This document shows, piece after piece, positions 1 to 8,552 of a DNA stretch of 64,000 bases (position 1 is its first letter; each line of letters begins with the position of its first letter). Source of the stretch: Patescibacteria group bacterium (GTDB taxonomy: Bacteria; Patescibacteriota; Patescibacteriia; Patescibacteriales; JBAZCA01); the NCBI GenBank assembly GCA_041661405.1, contig JBAZUL010000001.1, forward strand, positions 92,403-156,402, read 5' to 3'. Under the pieces are notes generated by a model, which did not search any database, had not been told where the DNA came from, and worked only from the letters and a program-made list of their open reading frames with translations. Both the position numbers and the translations under genes were made by a program.

Positions 1-1944
1 GCCAGCCAGAAATATTTCGGCAAAAGCGTGAAAGACGTGAGTCTCGCTGAAGCCGCGATTTTAGCCGCTCTGCCCCAGGCGCCGAGCAAATATTCACCCT
101 ACGGGCCGAACTCGGAACTGCTCCTTGGCCGCCAGCACTATATTCTTGATAAGATGGCGGAGCAGAACTATGTTACTAAAGACGAGGCTCTAGCCGCCAA
201 AAATGAAAAACTGGTTTTCCGCGAACAGGAGAATAACATCCTCGCCCCGCATTTTGTCATGTACGTAAAATCCATTCTTTCTGAAAAGTACGGAGAAAAA
301 ATGCTGGAGCAAGGCGGCTTGAAGATTTATACCACCCTTGATCTCTATAAACAGACCGCGGCCGAAGACGCCATAAGCGGAAGGATGCCGTCTAACCAGT
401 CAAGATACGACGCCTGGAACGCGTCGCTCGTTTCCATTGACCCGAAAACCGGGCAAGTGCTCGCCATGGCCGGTTCAAAAGATTATTTTGGCAAATCCGA
501 ACCCGAAGGCTGCGTCTCGGGAAAAAACTGCCGCTTTGAACCTAAAGACAACGTTGCTTTGCGATCCCGCCAACCAGGATCTTCCTTAAAGCCGCTAGTT
601 TACGCCACCTCCTTTTTAAAAGGCTACACGCCCGAAACCGTCCTTTATGACGTGAATACCAACTTTTCAAGCGACCCGGCCAATCCTTATGAACCGCATA
701 ACTACGATTTAAAAGAACACGGCCCAGTGACTATGCGCCAGGCGCTTGCCGGCTCGCTTAATATTCCGGCGGTAAAAACCATCTACCTCGCCGGCATGGA
801 TAATGTCATAGACGTGGCGAACGACATGGGCTATTCCACCCTGAAAGACAAAAACCGTTTCGGCCTGTCCCTGGTTTTGGGCGGCGGCGAAGTCAAACTT
901 TTGGAACACGCGAACGCCTTTGGAGTTTTTGCCCGGGACGGCGTTTACCATCCGGTTTCGGTAATATTAAAAGTTGAAGACAAAGACGGCAACACGCTTG
1001 AAGAATTTAAAAACGAAGAAAAAACCGTCTTAAACTCCCAAACCGCCCGCCAGATTAATAGCATCCTTTCCGATAACAGCGCCCGTTCCTTTATCTTTGG
1101 TTCGGATAATTTCCTAACTTTGGGCAGCCGGCCGGTCGGCGCTAAAACCGGGACAACCAACGATTATCATGACGCCTGGACTTTGGGTTATACGCCTTCG
1201 CTCGTCGCCGGAGTCTGGGTCGGCAATAACGACAACTCAGAGATGAAGCGCGGGGCGGACGGCTCGGTCGTAGCCGCGCCGATCTGGAACGCTTACATGA
1301 AAAAAGTCCTCGGCGACACGCCAATGGAATATTTTAAAGAGCCGGATAAAACCCCGGCTGGAAAACCGGTCCTGGACGGGAATATTGGCGGCGAAACAAC
1401 GGTAAAAATTGATAAAATTTCCGGCCTGCTCGCGACCGAATTTACCCCGCCGGAACTGGTTGAAGAAAAAACTTTCAAAGACCCGCACTCCATTTTATAC
1501 TACGTTAACAAAGACGACCCCCGGGGCGATTACCCGAAGAATCCGCAAAGCGATCCGCAGTTTAATTTATGGGAAGGAGCGGTTTTAAACTGGGCGAGCC
1601 GGTCTAATTTCGCGAGTTCTACGCCGCCGACTGAAAGCGACAACATCCACCGGCCGGAAAACCAACCCCAAATCAATGTCACCAACTTTAGCGACGGCCA
1701 AACGGTCACTAATCCGGACTTAACCGTTACCGTAAACCCGCAGGCACCCCGCGGCATTGCCAAAGTGGAATATTATTTTGACGGCGTACTCGCTAGCGCC
1801 GTAAACCAATTTCCTTTTGGCTTCAACGGTAACGTAACCTTTTTGGCGAACGGCTACCATAAGTTAACCATCCGCGCCTGCGATGACGCGGAAAATTGCT
1901 CCAGCGCGGATTATAACATCATTGTCAGTATAAACTCCCGCTGA
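1..1944 (+). CDS. Class A penicillin-binding protein (PBP1A type), 5' end cut by window edge
   Basis: Frame is open from base 1 (ASQKYFGKSV..LAEAAILAALPQAPSKYSP, the end of a glycosyltransferase domain). Transpeptidase motifs SSLK (SxxK) and KTGTT follow, then an Ig-like tail. The ORF-track start at 28 is an internal GTG. Confidence 0.85.
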   Translation, partial: ASQKYFGKSVKDVSLAEAAILAALPQAPSKYSPYGPNSELLLGRQHYILDKMAEQNYVTKDEALAAKNEKLVFREQENNILAPHFVMYVKSILSEKYGEKMLEQGGLKIYTTLDLYKQTAAEDAISGRMPSNQSRYDAWNASLVSIDPKTGQVLAMAGSKDYFGKSEPEGCVSGKNCRFEPKDNVALRSRQPGSSLKPLVYATSFLKGYTPETVLYDVNTNFSSDPANPYEPHNYDLKEHGPVTMRQALAGSLNIPAVKTIYLAGMDNVIDVANDMGYSTLKDKNRFGLSLVLGGGEVKLLEHANAFGVFARDGVYHPVSVILKVEDKDGNTLEEFKNEEKTVLNSQTARQINSILSDNSARSFIFGSDNFLTLGSRPVGAKTGTTNDYHDAWTLGYTPSLVAGVWVGNNDNSEMKRGADGSVVAAPIWNAYMKKVLGDTPMEYFKEPDKTPAGKPVLDGNIGGETTVKIDKISGLLATEFTPPELVEEKTFKDPHSILYYVNKDDPRGDYPKNPQSDPQFNLWEGAVLNWASRSNFASSTPPTESDNIHRPENQPQINVTNFSDGQTVTNPDLTVTVNPQAPRGIAKVEYYFDGVLASAVNQFPFGFNGNVTFLANGYHKLTIRACDDAENCSSADYNIIVSINSR

Positions 1945-2091
1945 ATTGCGCCGACAAAGCGCGGTTCCCGCGCCATAAATATCCGCTTCATTTAAAATTA
2001 ATCGCCACTTAATACAATATCCTTGCGCTCCTGCTTGCGCTTGACAGCAGGCAAAAACCGGAATAAAACAGGAGTTCGGAGTTTAAAACGC

Positions 2092-2613
2092 ATGGATAAA
2101 AACAACAAAAACTTTTCAAGGGCGTTTAGCGATTACGCGCCTGTAATATTAAAGCATATCTTTTTCCGGGTCTCAAACTGGGAAGTCGCCCAGGATCTGA
2201 CCCAGGAGGCGTTTTTTAAAACCTGGCAATACCTTTCCGCGAAAAAGAAAATCCGCGACTACAAAAAATTCATCTACATGGTCGCCAACAACCTGATAAT
2301 TGACCATTACCGGAGAAAGGACAAGCTGCCGGTTTCCATTGAAAACATCAGCCCGAAAAAAATGCTTTTTGACGCGGCGCAGGAAAAAGAAATGGATCAG
2401 TCAATTGAGCTGGAAACTTTTAAAAAAAACCTTTCTAAATTAAAAGACGAGTATCGGGAAATAATAACTTACCGTTATTTAAAAGAGCTGAGCATCGCGG
2501 AAATCAGCCGGCTTACCGGACGTTCAAAAAATAACATTAGCGTCATGATCCACCGGGGAATGAAAACGATAAAAAACAATCTCGCCGATATAAAAAATAA
2601 ACGTCCCGCTTAA
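2092..2613 (+). CDS. ECF-type RNA polymerase sigma-70 family factor
   Basis: Region 2 (DLTQEAFFKTWQYL, IDHYRRK) and a region 4 HTH (LSIAEISRLTGRSKNNISVMIHRGMKTIK). The in-frame ATG at 2092 is preferred over the TTG at 2023. Confidence 0.8.
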   Translation: MDKNNKNFSRAFSDYAPVILKHIFFRVSNWEVAQDLTQEAFFKTWQYLSAKKKIRDYKKFIYMVANNLIIDHYRRKDKLPVSIENISPKKMLFDAAQEKEMDQSIELETFKKNLSKLKDEYREIITYRYLKELSIAEISRLTGRSKNNISVMIHRGMKTIKNNLADIKNKRPA

Positions 2614-2633
2614 AACGGGACGGTTTTATTTTA
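2602..2633 (+). terminator. Rho-independent terminator of the sigma factor gene
   Basis: Stem cgtcccg/cgggacg with the stop codon in the loop, followed by gttttatttta. Confidence 0.7.
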
Positions 2634-2717
2634 TCTGGATTTGGAATAATTATTAGCCGCATTAAAACACCTGCGATATTCTGCGTCCCATGAAGCTCCG
2701 CCAGTCTCCCGGCATAC

Positions 2718-2891
2718 CTAGTACCTGGGGCGGAGCAGGCGAAAATTAATCCCTAACTGCCGGATGCTTTTTGCGAGCTTATTAAAACCGTTTTCCCTCC
2801 GACCGGAATGGATATTTTCATAAAACAGAAAACGGGAAAAAGCGTTCCTCTCTGCTCGGCGTTCATTAATTTTAATTTCTTTGTAGCTCAT
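2718..2891 (-). CDS. Small hypothetical protein (57 aa, below ORF-track cutoff)
   Basis: ATG at 2891-2889 is preceded by GGAGGTG at ideal spacing (aacggaggtgaaaatATG). Hand translation gives MSYKEIKINERRAERNAFSRFLFYENIHSGRRENGFNKLAKSIRQLGINFRLLRPRY. No family recognised. Confidence 0.3.
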   Translation of the reverse strand: MSYKEIKINERRAERNAFSRFLFYENIHSGRRENGFNKLAKSIRQLGINFRLLRPRY

Positions 2892-3095
2892 ATTTTCACC
2901 TCCGTTCTTTTTGCCCCTCGTCAGCTGTGAAATAATATTTACGGCAGAGCGTCTAACTCTAATATGCGGAATATCCGGTAAATATTAATTAATCACGGGG
3001 CAAATTTATAAATAAACTTGAATTAACAATAACAAAGGGTTATTAAAATCAGATTAATTCAGTTTAACGCCTCACAACACATAACAATAAAACAT

Positions 3096-3302
3096 ATGAA
3101 AATGAAAAAAAGCGCTAAAAGGACGGCCATGCGGGGATTTGCTTCCATGGATCCGGCCAAGCAGAAAAAAATCGCCTCTAAAGGCGGCAAAGCGGCTCAT
3201 GCCAAAGGCACGGCTCATGAATTTACTTCCGAAGAGGCTCGCAAAGCCGGCCGGAAAGGCGGCAAAGCCCGGGCTAAATCCATGAAAAAGAAGGGTTGGT
3301 AA
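3096..3302 (+). CDS. KGG-repeat general stress protein (YciG/Con-10-like)
   Basis: Repeated SKGGKAAH / RKGGKARA motifs in a small, Lys/Ala/Gly-rich 68-aa protein. Confidence 0.7.
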   Translation: MKMKKSAKRTAMRGFASMDPAKQKKIASKGGKAAHAKGTAHEFTSEEARKAGRKGGKARAKSMKKKGW

Positions 3303-3343
3303 AACGGCTTACTTAAAACAAAAGGCTTGTTAAAAGAAGCAAC

Positions 3344-3374
3344 AAAAAAACAGAGTTTAGGCTCTGTTTTTTTT
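3344..3374. terminator. Bidirectional hairpin terminator between convergent genes
   Basis: aaaaaaacagag-tttagg-ctctgtttttttt. The A-run and T-run flanks allow termination from both strands. Confidence 0.65.
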
Positions 3375-3423
3375 ATGCATCCGGTACTATCTAAAAATTA
3401 ATTTTTTTCGTTATCCAATCAAC

Positions 3424-4038
3424 TTAAATCTCTCTTTGTCCCATGAACCGTAAAACCGCCTTTCCGGCTGTTTCGGCGTCGGAACCAAAAGTCATTAAAC
3501 CCTCGCGATGGCCGGCCATTACAAGAATATGTTTGTCCTTTACGTCCGTTTGTTTAAATAATTTTTCTATTTCCCAAGCCATCTCCGGCGTGCCGTAAGC
3601 GGCTTTGGCCGACGTTGTCGGTACTTTATTCTTTAGTTTTTTCCATAATTTTAAATTATGTAAATGCATTACATAATTAATATTTTTATCCATCCGGTAA
3701 ATTATCGCGTGAGACAAAGATTCGGAAGATGCTTTGATTGGCCCGCGGCAGGTTAAACGGTTTTTTTCAAAATTATGACCGACAACCCTCGCATAATGAT
3801 TGGCGCTTAAAATTTTAAATCTGCCGGTTTCACTGCCGGTAATGATAAAATTGCCGGTCTTGCCGGATCTAACGCTCAGATTTCCAAAACCGATGCCGTT
3901 ATTGTATAAGCCGATCAGTCCGAGACCATACAATTTTTTTCGCCACTGGTTAAGCTTTTTTATCTTCGCCGAAGGAACCGGCCTGCCTTTAATCCACTTC
4001 AGCTGGAATTTTATATAACCATCATTGGCGCTTTTCAT
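3424..4038 (-). CDS. Class II aldolase/adducin family protein (MtnB-like dehydratase candidate)
   Basis: GNLSVR, ITGSETG, SSESLSHAIIY and HLH motifs are typical of the class II aldolase fold. There is a 4-bp ATGA overlap with upstream mtnA. Confidence 0.55.
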   Translation of the reverse strand: MKSANDGYIKFQLKWIKGRPVPSAKIKKLNQWRKKLYGLGLIGLYNNGIGFGNLSVRSGKTGNFIITGSETGRFKILSANHYARVVGHNFEKNRLTCRGPIKASSESLSHAIIYRMDKNINYVMHLHNLKLWKKLKNKVPTTSAKAAYGTPEMAWEIEKLFKQTDVKDKHILVMAGHREGLMTFGSDAETAGKAVLRFMGQREI

Positions 4039-5156
4039 GATTTTTCCGGAAATAAATTTAATATGCTTTTTTCGTCCGGTTCACAGATTCCCCGCTCGGT
4101 TACGAGGCCGGTAACAAGCCTTCGGGGAGTAACGTCAAAAGCGAAATTGGCGGCCGGACTTTTTTCAGGCGTAATCAGAACTTTTTTTACATCGCCATTT
4201 TCCAGACCTTGAACATATTTCACTTCGTCCGCGCTTCTTTCCTCAATCAAAATCTCTTTAATTCCGTCCCGCAAATTCCAGTCAAAGGTAGAAGAAGGCA
4301 GGGCAACGTAAAACGGCACGTTATTATCTTTGGCGGCCAGAGCTTTTAAATAAGTGCCGATTTTATTGGCAACGTCCCCGGTTCTAGTAGTCCTGTCCGT
4401 ACCGACGATTACCATATCCACGAGCCCGTGTTGCATTAGATGCCCGCCGGCATTATCGGTAATAACCGTGTGCGCTACTCCGTGCTGTCCAAGTTCCCAG
4501 GCCGTGAGTCCGGCGCCCTGGTTTCTTGGCCGGGTTTCGTCCACCCAGACATGAATTTTAATCCCCTTGTCAAAAGCCGCGTAAATCGGCGCGATAGCTG
4601 AACCATAATCTACAAACGCCAGCCAGCCGGCATTGCAATGGGTAAGGATATTTACGACCTCGTTATTTTTTCTTCGGCTTAAATTTTCAATTATTTTTAA
4701 GCCGTGTTCGCCGATTTTTTTGCAGTTTAAAGCGTCTTCGTCAGCGATTTCATTAGCGGTCTTTAACGCGACCGCGATTTTTTCTCTTACGCTTTCCGCG
4801 CCATTCATGGCCTTAAGCTGACGTTCCACCGCCCAGGCCAGGTTTACCGCCGTCGGCCGGGCGGCGATTAACTTTTTTCCGGCTTGAAGAACGCGTTCGT
4901 TATAAGCTCGCGCGTCATCCTCAGCCGCCAAACCGGCTTCCAGCGCTGCCAGATACATGCCATATCCGGCTGTCGCGCCAATCAATCCGGCCCCCCGAAC
5001 CCTCATCTCGCTAATCGTTAAAACCGCGTCATCCGCGGTTTTCAAATCCTCAATAATAAATTCATGCGGCAAGCGGGTCTGGTCAATGATTTGAATTATT
5101 TTCGGATCGTCCGGCTTTAGCCAAATTGTCCGGTAATGTTTGTTATGCACTCTCAT
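4035..5156 (-). CDS. mtnA: S-methyl-5-thioribose-1-phosphate isomerase (eIF-2B alpha/beta/delta family)
   Basis: IIDQTRLP N-terminal motif, MRVRGAGLIGATAGYG, THCNAGWLA and GTDRTTRTGDVANKIGTY. Confidence 0.8.
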   Translation of the reverse strand: MRVHNKHYRTIWLKPDDPKIIQIIDQTRLPHEFIIEDLKTADDAVLTISEMRVRGAGLIGATAGYGMYLAALEAGLAAEDDARAYNERVLQAGKKLIAARPTAVNLAWAVERQLKAMNGAESVREKIAVALKTANEIADEDALNCKKIGEHGLKIIENLSRRKNNEVVNILTHCNAGWLAFVDYGSAIAPIYAAFDKGIKIHVWVDETRPRNQGAGLTAWELGQHGVAHTVITDNAGGHLMQHGLVDMVIVGTDRTTRTGDVANKIGTYLKALAAKDNNVPFYVALPSSTFDWNLRDGIKEILIEERSADEVKYVQGLENGDVKKVLITPEKSPAANFAFDVTPRRLVTGLVTERGICEPDEKSILNLFPEKS

Positions 5157-5248
5157 GGTTTAAAGAATAACAGCTAGCTTGGTTAATAGTCAATTGAGTC
5201 AGTTAAAAGAAAATAAAAAACTGGGCAATAGCCCAGTTTTTATGCGTG

Positions 5249-5320
5249 TAGTCCCTAGGGGAGTCGGACCCCTGTTACCAGGATGAAAACCTGGTGTCCT
5301 AACCGTTAGACGAAGGGACC
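5249..5320 (-). tRNA. tRNA-Glu (anticodon UUC)
   Basis: Reverse complement GGTCCCTTCGTCTAACGGTTAGGACACCAGGTTTTCATCCTGGTAACAGGGGTCCGACTCCCCTAGGGACTA folds as a cloverleaf. The anticodon loop is TTTTCAT. A hairpin ctgggc-aata-gcccag with a T-run follows at 5211-5236. Confidence 0.85.
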
Positions 5321-5597
5321 ATAATTAGTTTTCAATTGTCAGTTTTCAATTTTCAATTATTTTTTGTCCTCAAATAAACGGTAATACACTAACAATTGAA
5401 CTTGGATTTTTGATAAAACAAAAGCTCTTTGCCAGAGCTTATGTTATTATAACAAAAAACCGCGGCTTGTCAATAATTTCGCTAAAATTGAGGCAATATT
5501 TTACTTGTTAAATTTACTAAGGTATAATAAAATCAGCTAAATAAAACATAAGCGGTTTTTTCTAACCGCTAAACGCTACATCCTATTCCCTGAATTT

Positions 5598-8552
5598 ATG
5601 TCCGATAAAAAACCAAAACTCTTAATAATTGACGGCAACGCCCTGATCCACCGGAGCTTTCACGCCCTGCCGGAAACTATGATGACTAAAACCGGGGAGC
5701 AAACCAACGCGGTTTACGGTTTTATCATGGTGCTTTTAAAATCTTTAAAAGACATAAAGCCCGAATACGTGGCCTTGACCCTGGATAAAAAAGGCCGGAC
5801 TTTTCGCCACGAAGCCTTTGACGACTACAAAGCCCATAGAGTAGCCGCGCCCATGGAATTATATAAGCAAATCCCGCGGATAAAAGAGCTCGCCCGGGCT
5901 TTTAATATCCCTATCTATGAGATGTCCGGCTACGAGGCAGATGACCTGATCGGGACGATTTCGCGGCATGTTGATGGGAGCGTTGAAAAAATCATCGTAA
6001 CCGGGGACTTGGACACCTTACAGCTCGTAAACGACCACACCAAAGTCTATACCATGAGCCATGGATTGTCGGATAATGTAATTTACGACGAAAAAAAAGT
6101 CCGGGAACGTTTTGACGGACTCGGGCCGGATCAGATGGTAGACTACAAAGGCTTGCGCGGCGACCCGTCGGACAATATTCCGGGCGTGCCGGGCATTGGC
6201 GAAAAAACCGCCATTGAACTATTAACAAAATTTAAAACTTTGGACGGGGTTTATAAATATCTGGAAAACAGACGACAGAAAACAGACGACAGAAAACCTG
6301 CCTCGCCGGCAGGCAAGCAGACGACAGAAAAGTCTGAAGAGATGATTAAACCTCGCATTGCCGAACTTTTGAAAACCCACAAAAAACAAGCTTATTTAAG
6401 CCAGAAACTCGCCCGGATTGAATGCGAAGCCAAAATTGAATTTAGCCTGGACGAAACTAAATTCGGCCGATTTGATAATGAAAAAATCATAAAATTATTC
6501 AGTGAACTGGAATTTAAATCGCTTATCCCAAGAATAAAAGAAATCGGGACTAAGGACGGCGGAATTGCGGCCGGGGATGAAAGTCCGGCTGAAGATAAGT
6601 TTGAAAGGAATAAAAAAACATTCAAATACCGGCTCATAGACAGCGAAAAATCTTTCCAAAAATTCATCATTGCGTTAAAAAAGCAAAAAATATTCAGCCT
6701 GGATACGGAAACTTCGGGCTTTGACGCCCACTGTTCCAGCCTCTTAGGCATCAGCTTCAGCTGGAAAGAGGGCGAAGCCTGGTTTATTAAAGTTAAAAAC
6801 CATGTCAGTAAAGAATGCGTAAAAAGCGCGAGAAACCTTAATTTGTTCGGTAGCCCTGAGAGCGAAGACACTCTTCCGCCGGTTGTTTTAGGAAAAAAAG
6901 GCATTGGCCTGAATAAAATCGTTGACGCGCTAAAGCCGGTTTTAGCCGACCCGAAAATAAAAAAAACCGGCCACAATATCAAATTTGATTACAAAATCCT
7001 AAAAATGTCCGGCATGGAAACAACGGGAATTTATTTTGACACCATGATCGCCTCCTACCTTTTAAATCCCGGCAGCCGCCAGCACGGTCTTGACGCTTTA
7101 ACTCTTTCGGAACTCGGCTTTGAAAAAATTTCTAAAGAAGACCTTTTAGGCAAAGGAAAAATTAAAATCGGCTTTTCGGAGATTAGCGCGGAAAAGCTAA
7201 GCCTTTATTCATGCGAAGACGCTGACTTTACTTTCCGACTTTTTATGAAACTCAAAAAAGAATTACCCGATCGCGGCCAAAAAAAACTTTTCCATGAGAT
7301 TGAAATGCCTTTGGTTCCGATACTTGGGGACATGGAACTCGCCGGCATAAAAATTGACGCGCTGTTTTTAGAAAACATGGGGGAGAAAGTAAAAAAAGAA
7401 ATCGCGAAGCTCAAAGAAAAAATCTGGCAATCAGCCGGCCTTGAATTCAATATCAATTCAACCAAACAGTTAAAAGAAATCCTTTTTGAAAAACTCGCTA
7501 TTTCCACCCTTGGCGTCGGAAAAGGAAAAACCGGCTTTTCCACTTCAGCCGGCGAGCTATTCAAATTAAAGGACAAGCACCCGATTATCCGGCCTTTGAT
7601 GGAATACCGGGAATTAGCCAAACTCCAAAGCACCTATATTAAAGCCCTGCCCGATCTCATTAATGGAAAAACCGGCCGGGTCCATACCAGCTTCAACCAG
7701 TCCGTCACCTCCACCGGCCGGCTCTCCTCAACCGAGCCGAATCTGCAGAACATCCCGATCCGCACTGAACTAGGGCGGGAAATAAGGAAAGCTTTTGTCG
7801 CCGAACCCGGCTTTAAGCTCCTTTCGGCCGATTACTCGCAGATTGAGCTCCGGCTCGCGGCCCACGCTTCCGGCGACAAAAAAATGCTTAAGGCTTTTCG
7901 CGACGGATTAGATATCCATTCAGCCACGGCCGCGGAAATAAACAACCTGGCGCTTGATAAGGTAACGCACGAAATGCGGCGCGAAGCCAAAGCCGTAAAC
8001 TTCGGCATAATCTACGGCCAAGGGCCGCGCGGCCTTTCCGAATCAGCCGACATCCCTTACGACCGGGCTAGAGAATTTATCAGCGGATATTTTAACGTTT
8101 ACGCGGACGTAAAAAAATATATTGACGAAAGCATAGAAAGCGCGCGGGTAAAAGGCTTTGCCGAAACCATGTTCGGCCGGAAAAGATACCTTCCGGAAAT
8201 AAATTCCCCGGCCATACAAATTAAAAAAGCGGCCGAGCGCATGGCCATCAACACTCCGCTTCAGGGCGCGGCCGCCGACATGATTAAAATCGCCATGATT
8301 AATATCTCGCGAATGATAAACGAATTTAATGCGGATGGCGGCGAATCATCCTCGCGCGAGGAAAACAAGGAAATCCGGATGCTTCTGCAGGTCCATGACG
8401 AGTTGCTTTTTGAAGTCCGAGAGGATAAAATCCAGGAGTGGGCGAAAAAGATCAAAGCCGCCATGGAGGGCGTCGCCAGACTTAAAGTGCCAATTATCGC
8501 CGATCTTAAAACCGGAAAAAATTGGGGCGAGATGGAAAAGATAGAAATATGA
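5598..8552 (+). CDS. polA: DNA polymerase I (5' nuclease + 3'-5' exonuclease-like + polymerase domains)
   Basis: N-terminal LLIIDGNALIHRSFHA and GVPGIGEKTA, then polymerase motifs DYSQIELR, RREAKAVNFGIIYG and QVHDELLFE. Confidence 0.95.
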   Translation: MSDKKPKLLIIDGNALIHRSFHALPETMMTKTGEQTNAVYGFIMVLLKSLKDIKPEYVALTLDKKGRTFRHEAFDDYKAHRVAAPMELYKQIPRIKELARAFNIPIYEMSGYEADDLIGTISRHVDGSVEKIIVTGDLDTLQLVNDHTKVYTMSHGLSDNVIYDEKKVRERFDGLGPDQMVDYKGLRGDPSDNIPGVPGIGEKTAIELLTKFKTLDGVYKYLENRRQKTDDRKPASPAGKQTTEKSEEMIKPRIAELLKTHKKQAYLSQKLARIECEAKIEFSLDETKFGRFDNEKIIKLFSELEFKSLIPRIKEIGTKDGGIAAGDESPAEDKFERNKKTFKYRLIDSEKSFQKFIIALKKQKIFSLDTETSGFDAHCSSLLGISFSWKEGEAWFIKVKNHVSKECVKSARNLNLFGSPESEDTLPPVVLGKKGIGLNKIVDALKPVLADPKIKKTGHNIKFDYKILKMSGMETTGIYFDTMIASYLLNPGSRQHGLDALTLSELGFEKISKEDLLGKGKIKIGFSEISAEKLSLYSCEDADFTFRLFMKLKKELPDRGQKKLFHEIEMPLVPILGDMELAGIKIDALFLENMGEKVKKEIAKLKEKIWQSAGLEFNINSTKQLKEILFEKLAISTLGVGKGKTGFSTSAGELFKLKDKHPIIRPLMEYRELAKLQSTYIKALPDLINGKTGRVHTSFNQSVTSTGRLSSTEPNLQNIPIRTELGREIRKAFVAEPGFKLLSADYSQIELRLAAHASGDKKMLKAFRDGLDIHSATAAEINNLALDKVTHEMRREAKAVNFGIIYGQGPRGLSESADIPYDRAREFISGYFNVYADVKKYIDESIESARVKGFAETMFGRKRYLPEINSPAIQIKKAAERMAINTPLQGAAADMIKIAMINISRMINEFNADGGESSSREENKEIRMLLQVHDELLFEVREDKIQEWAKKIKAAMEGVARLKVPIIADLKTGKNWGEMEKIEI
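6269..6331 (+). repeat. In-frame insert: 3x CAGACGACAGAAAA plus palindrome CCTGCC-TCGCC-GGCAGG
   Basis: The 14-mer lies at 6269-6282, 6283-6296 and 6318-6331. The palindrome lies at 6297-6313. The tract encodes NRRQKTDDRKPASPAGKQTTEK in the linker after the 5' nuclease domain. Confidence 0.9.

Noticed and set aside
6392-6982. 196-aa minus-strand ORF inside polA, and similar antisense ORFs at 7205-7633, 33559-34182, 34568-35053, 37700-38176, 39596-39985, 55840-56160, 56123-56602 and 61305-61682
   Set aside because: Each lies entirely within, and antisense or out of frame to, a gene with unambiguous conserved motifs. Their products are low-complexity (Ser/Phe/Leu/Pro-rich), with no SD or family motifs. 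They are shadow ORFs.
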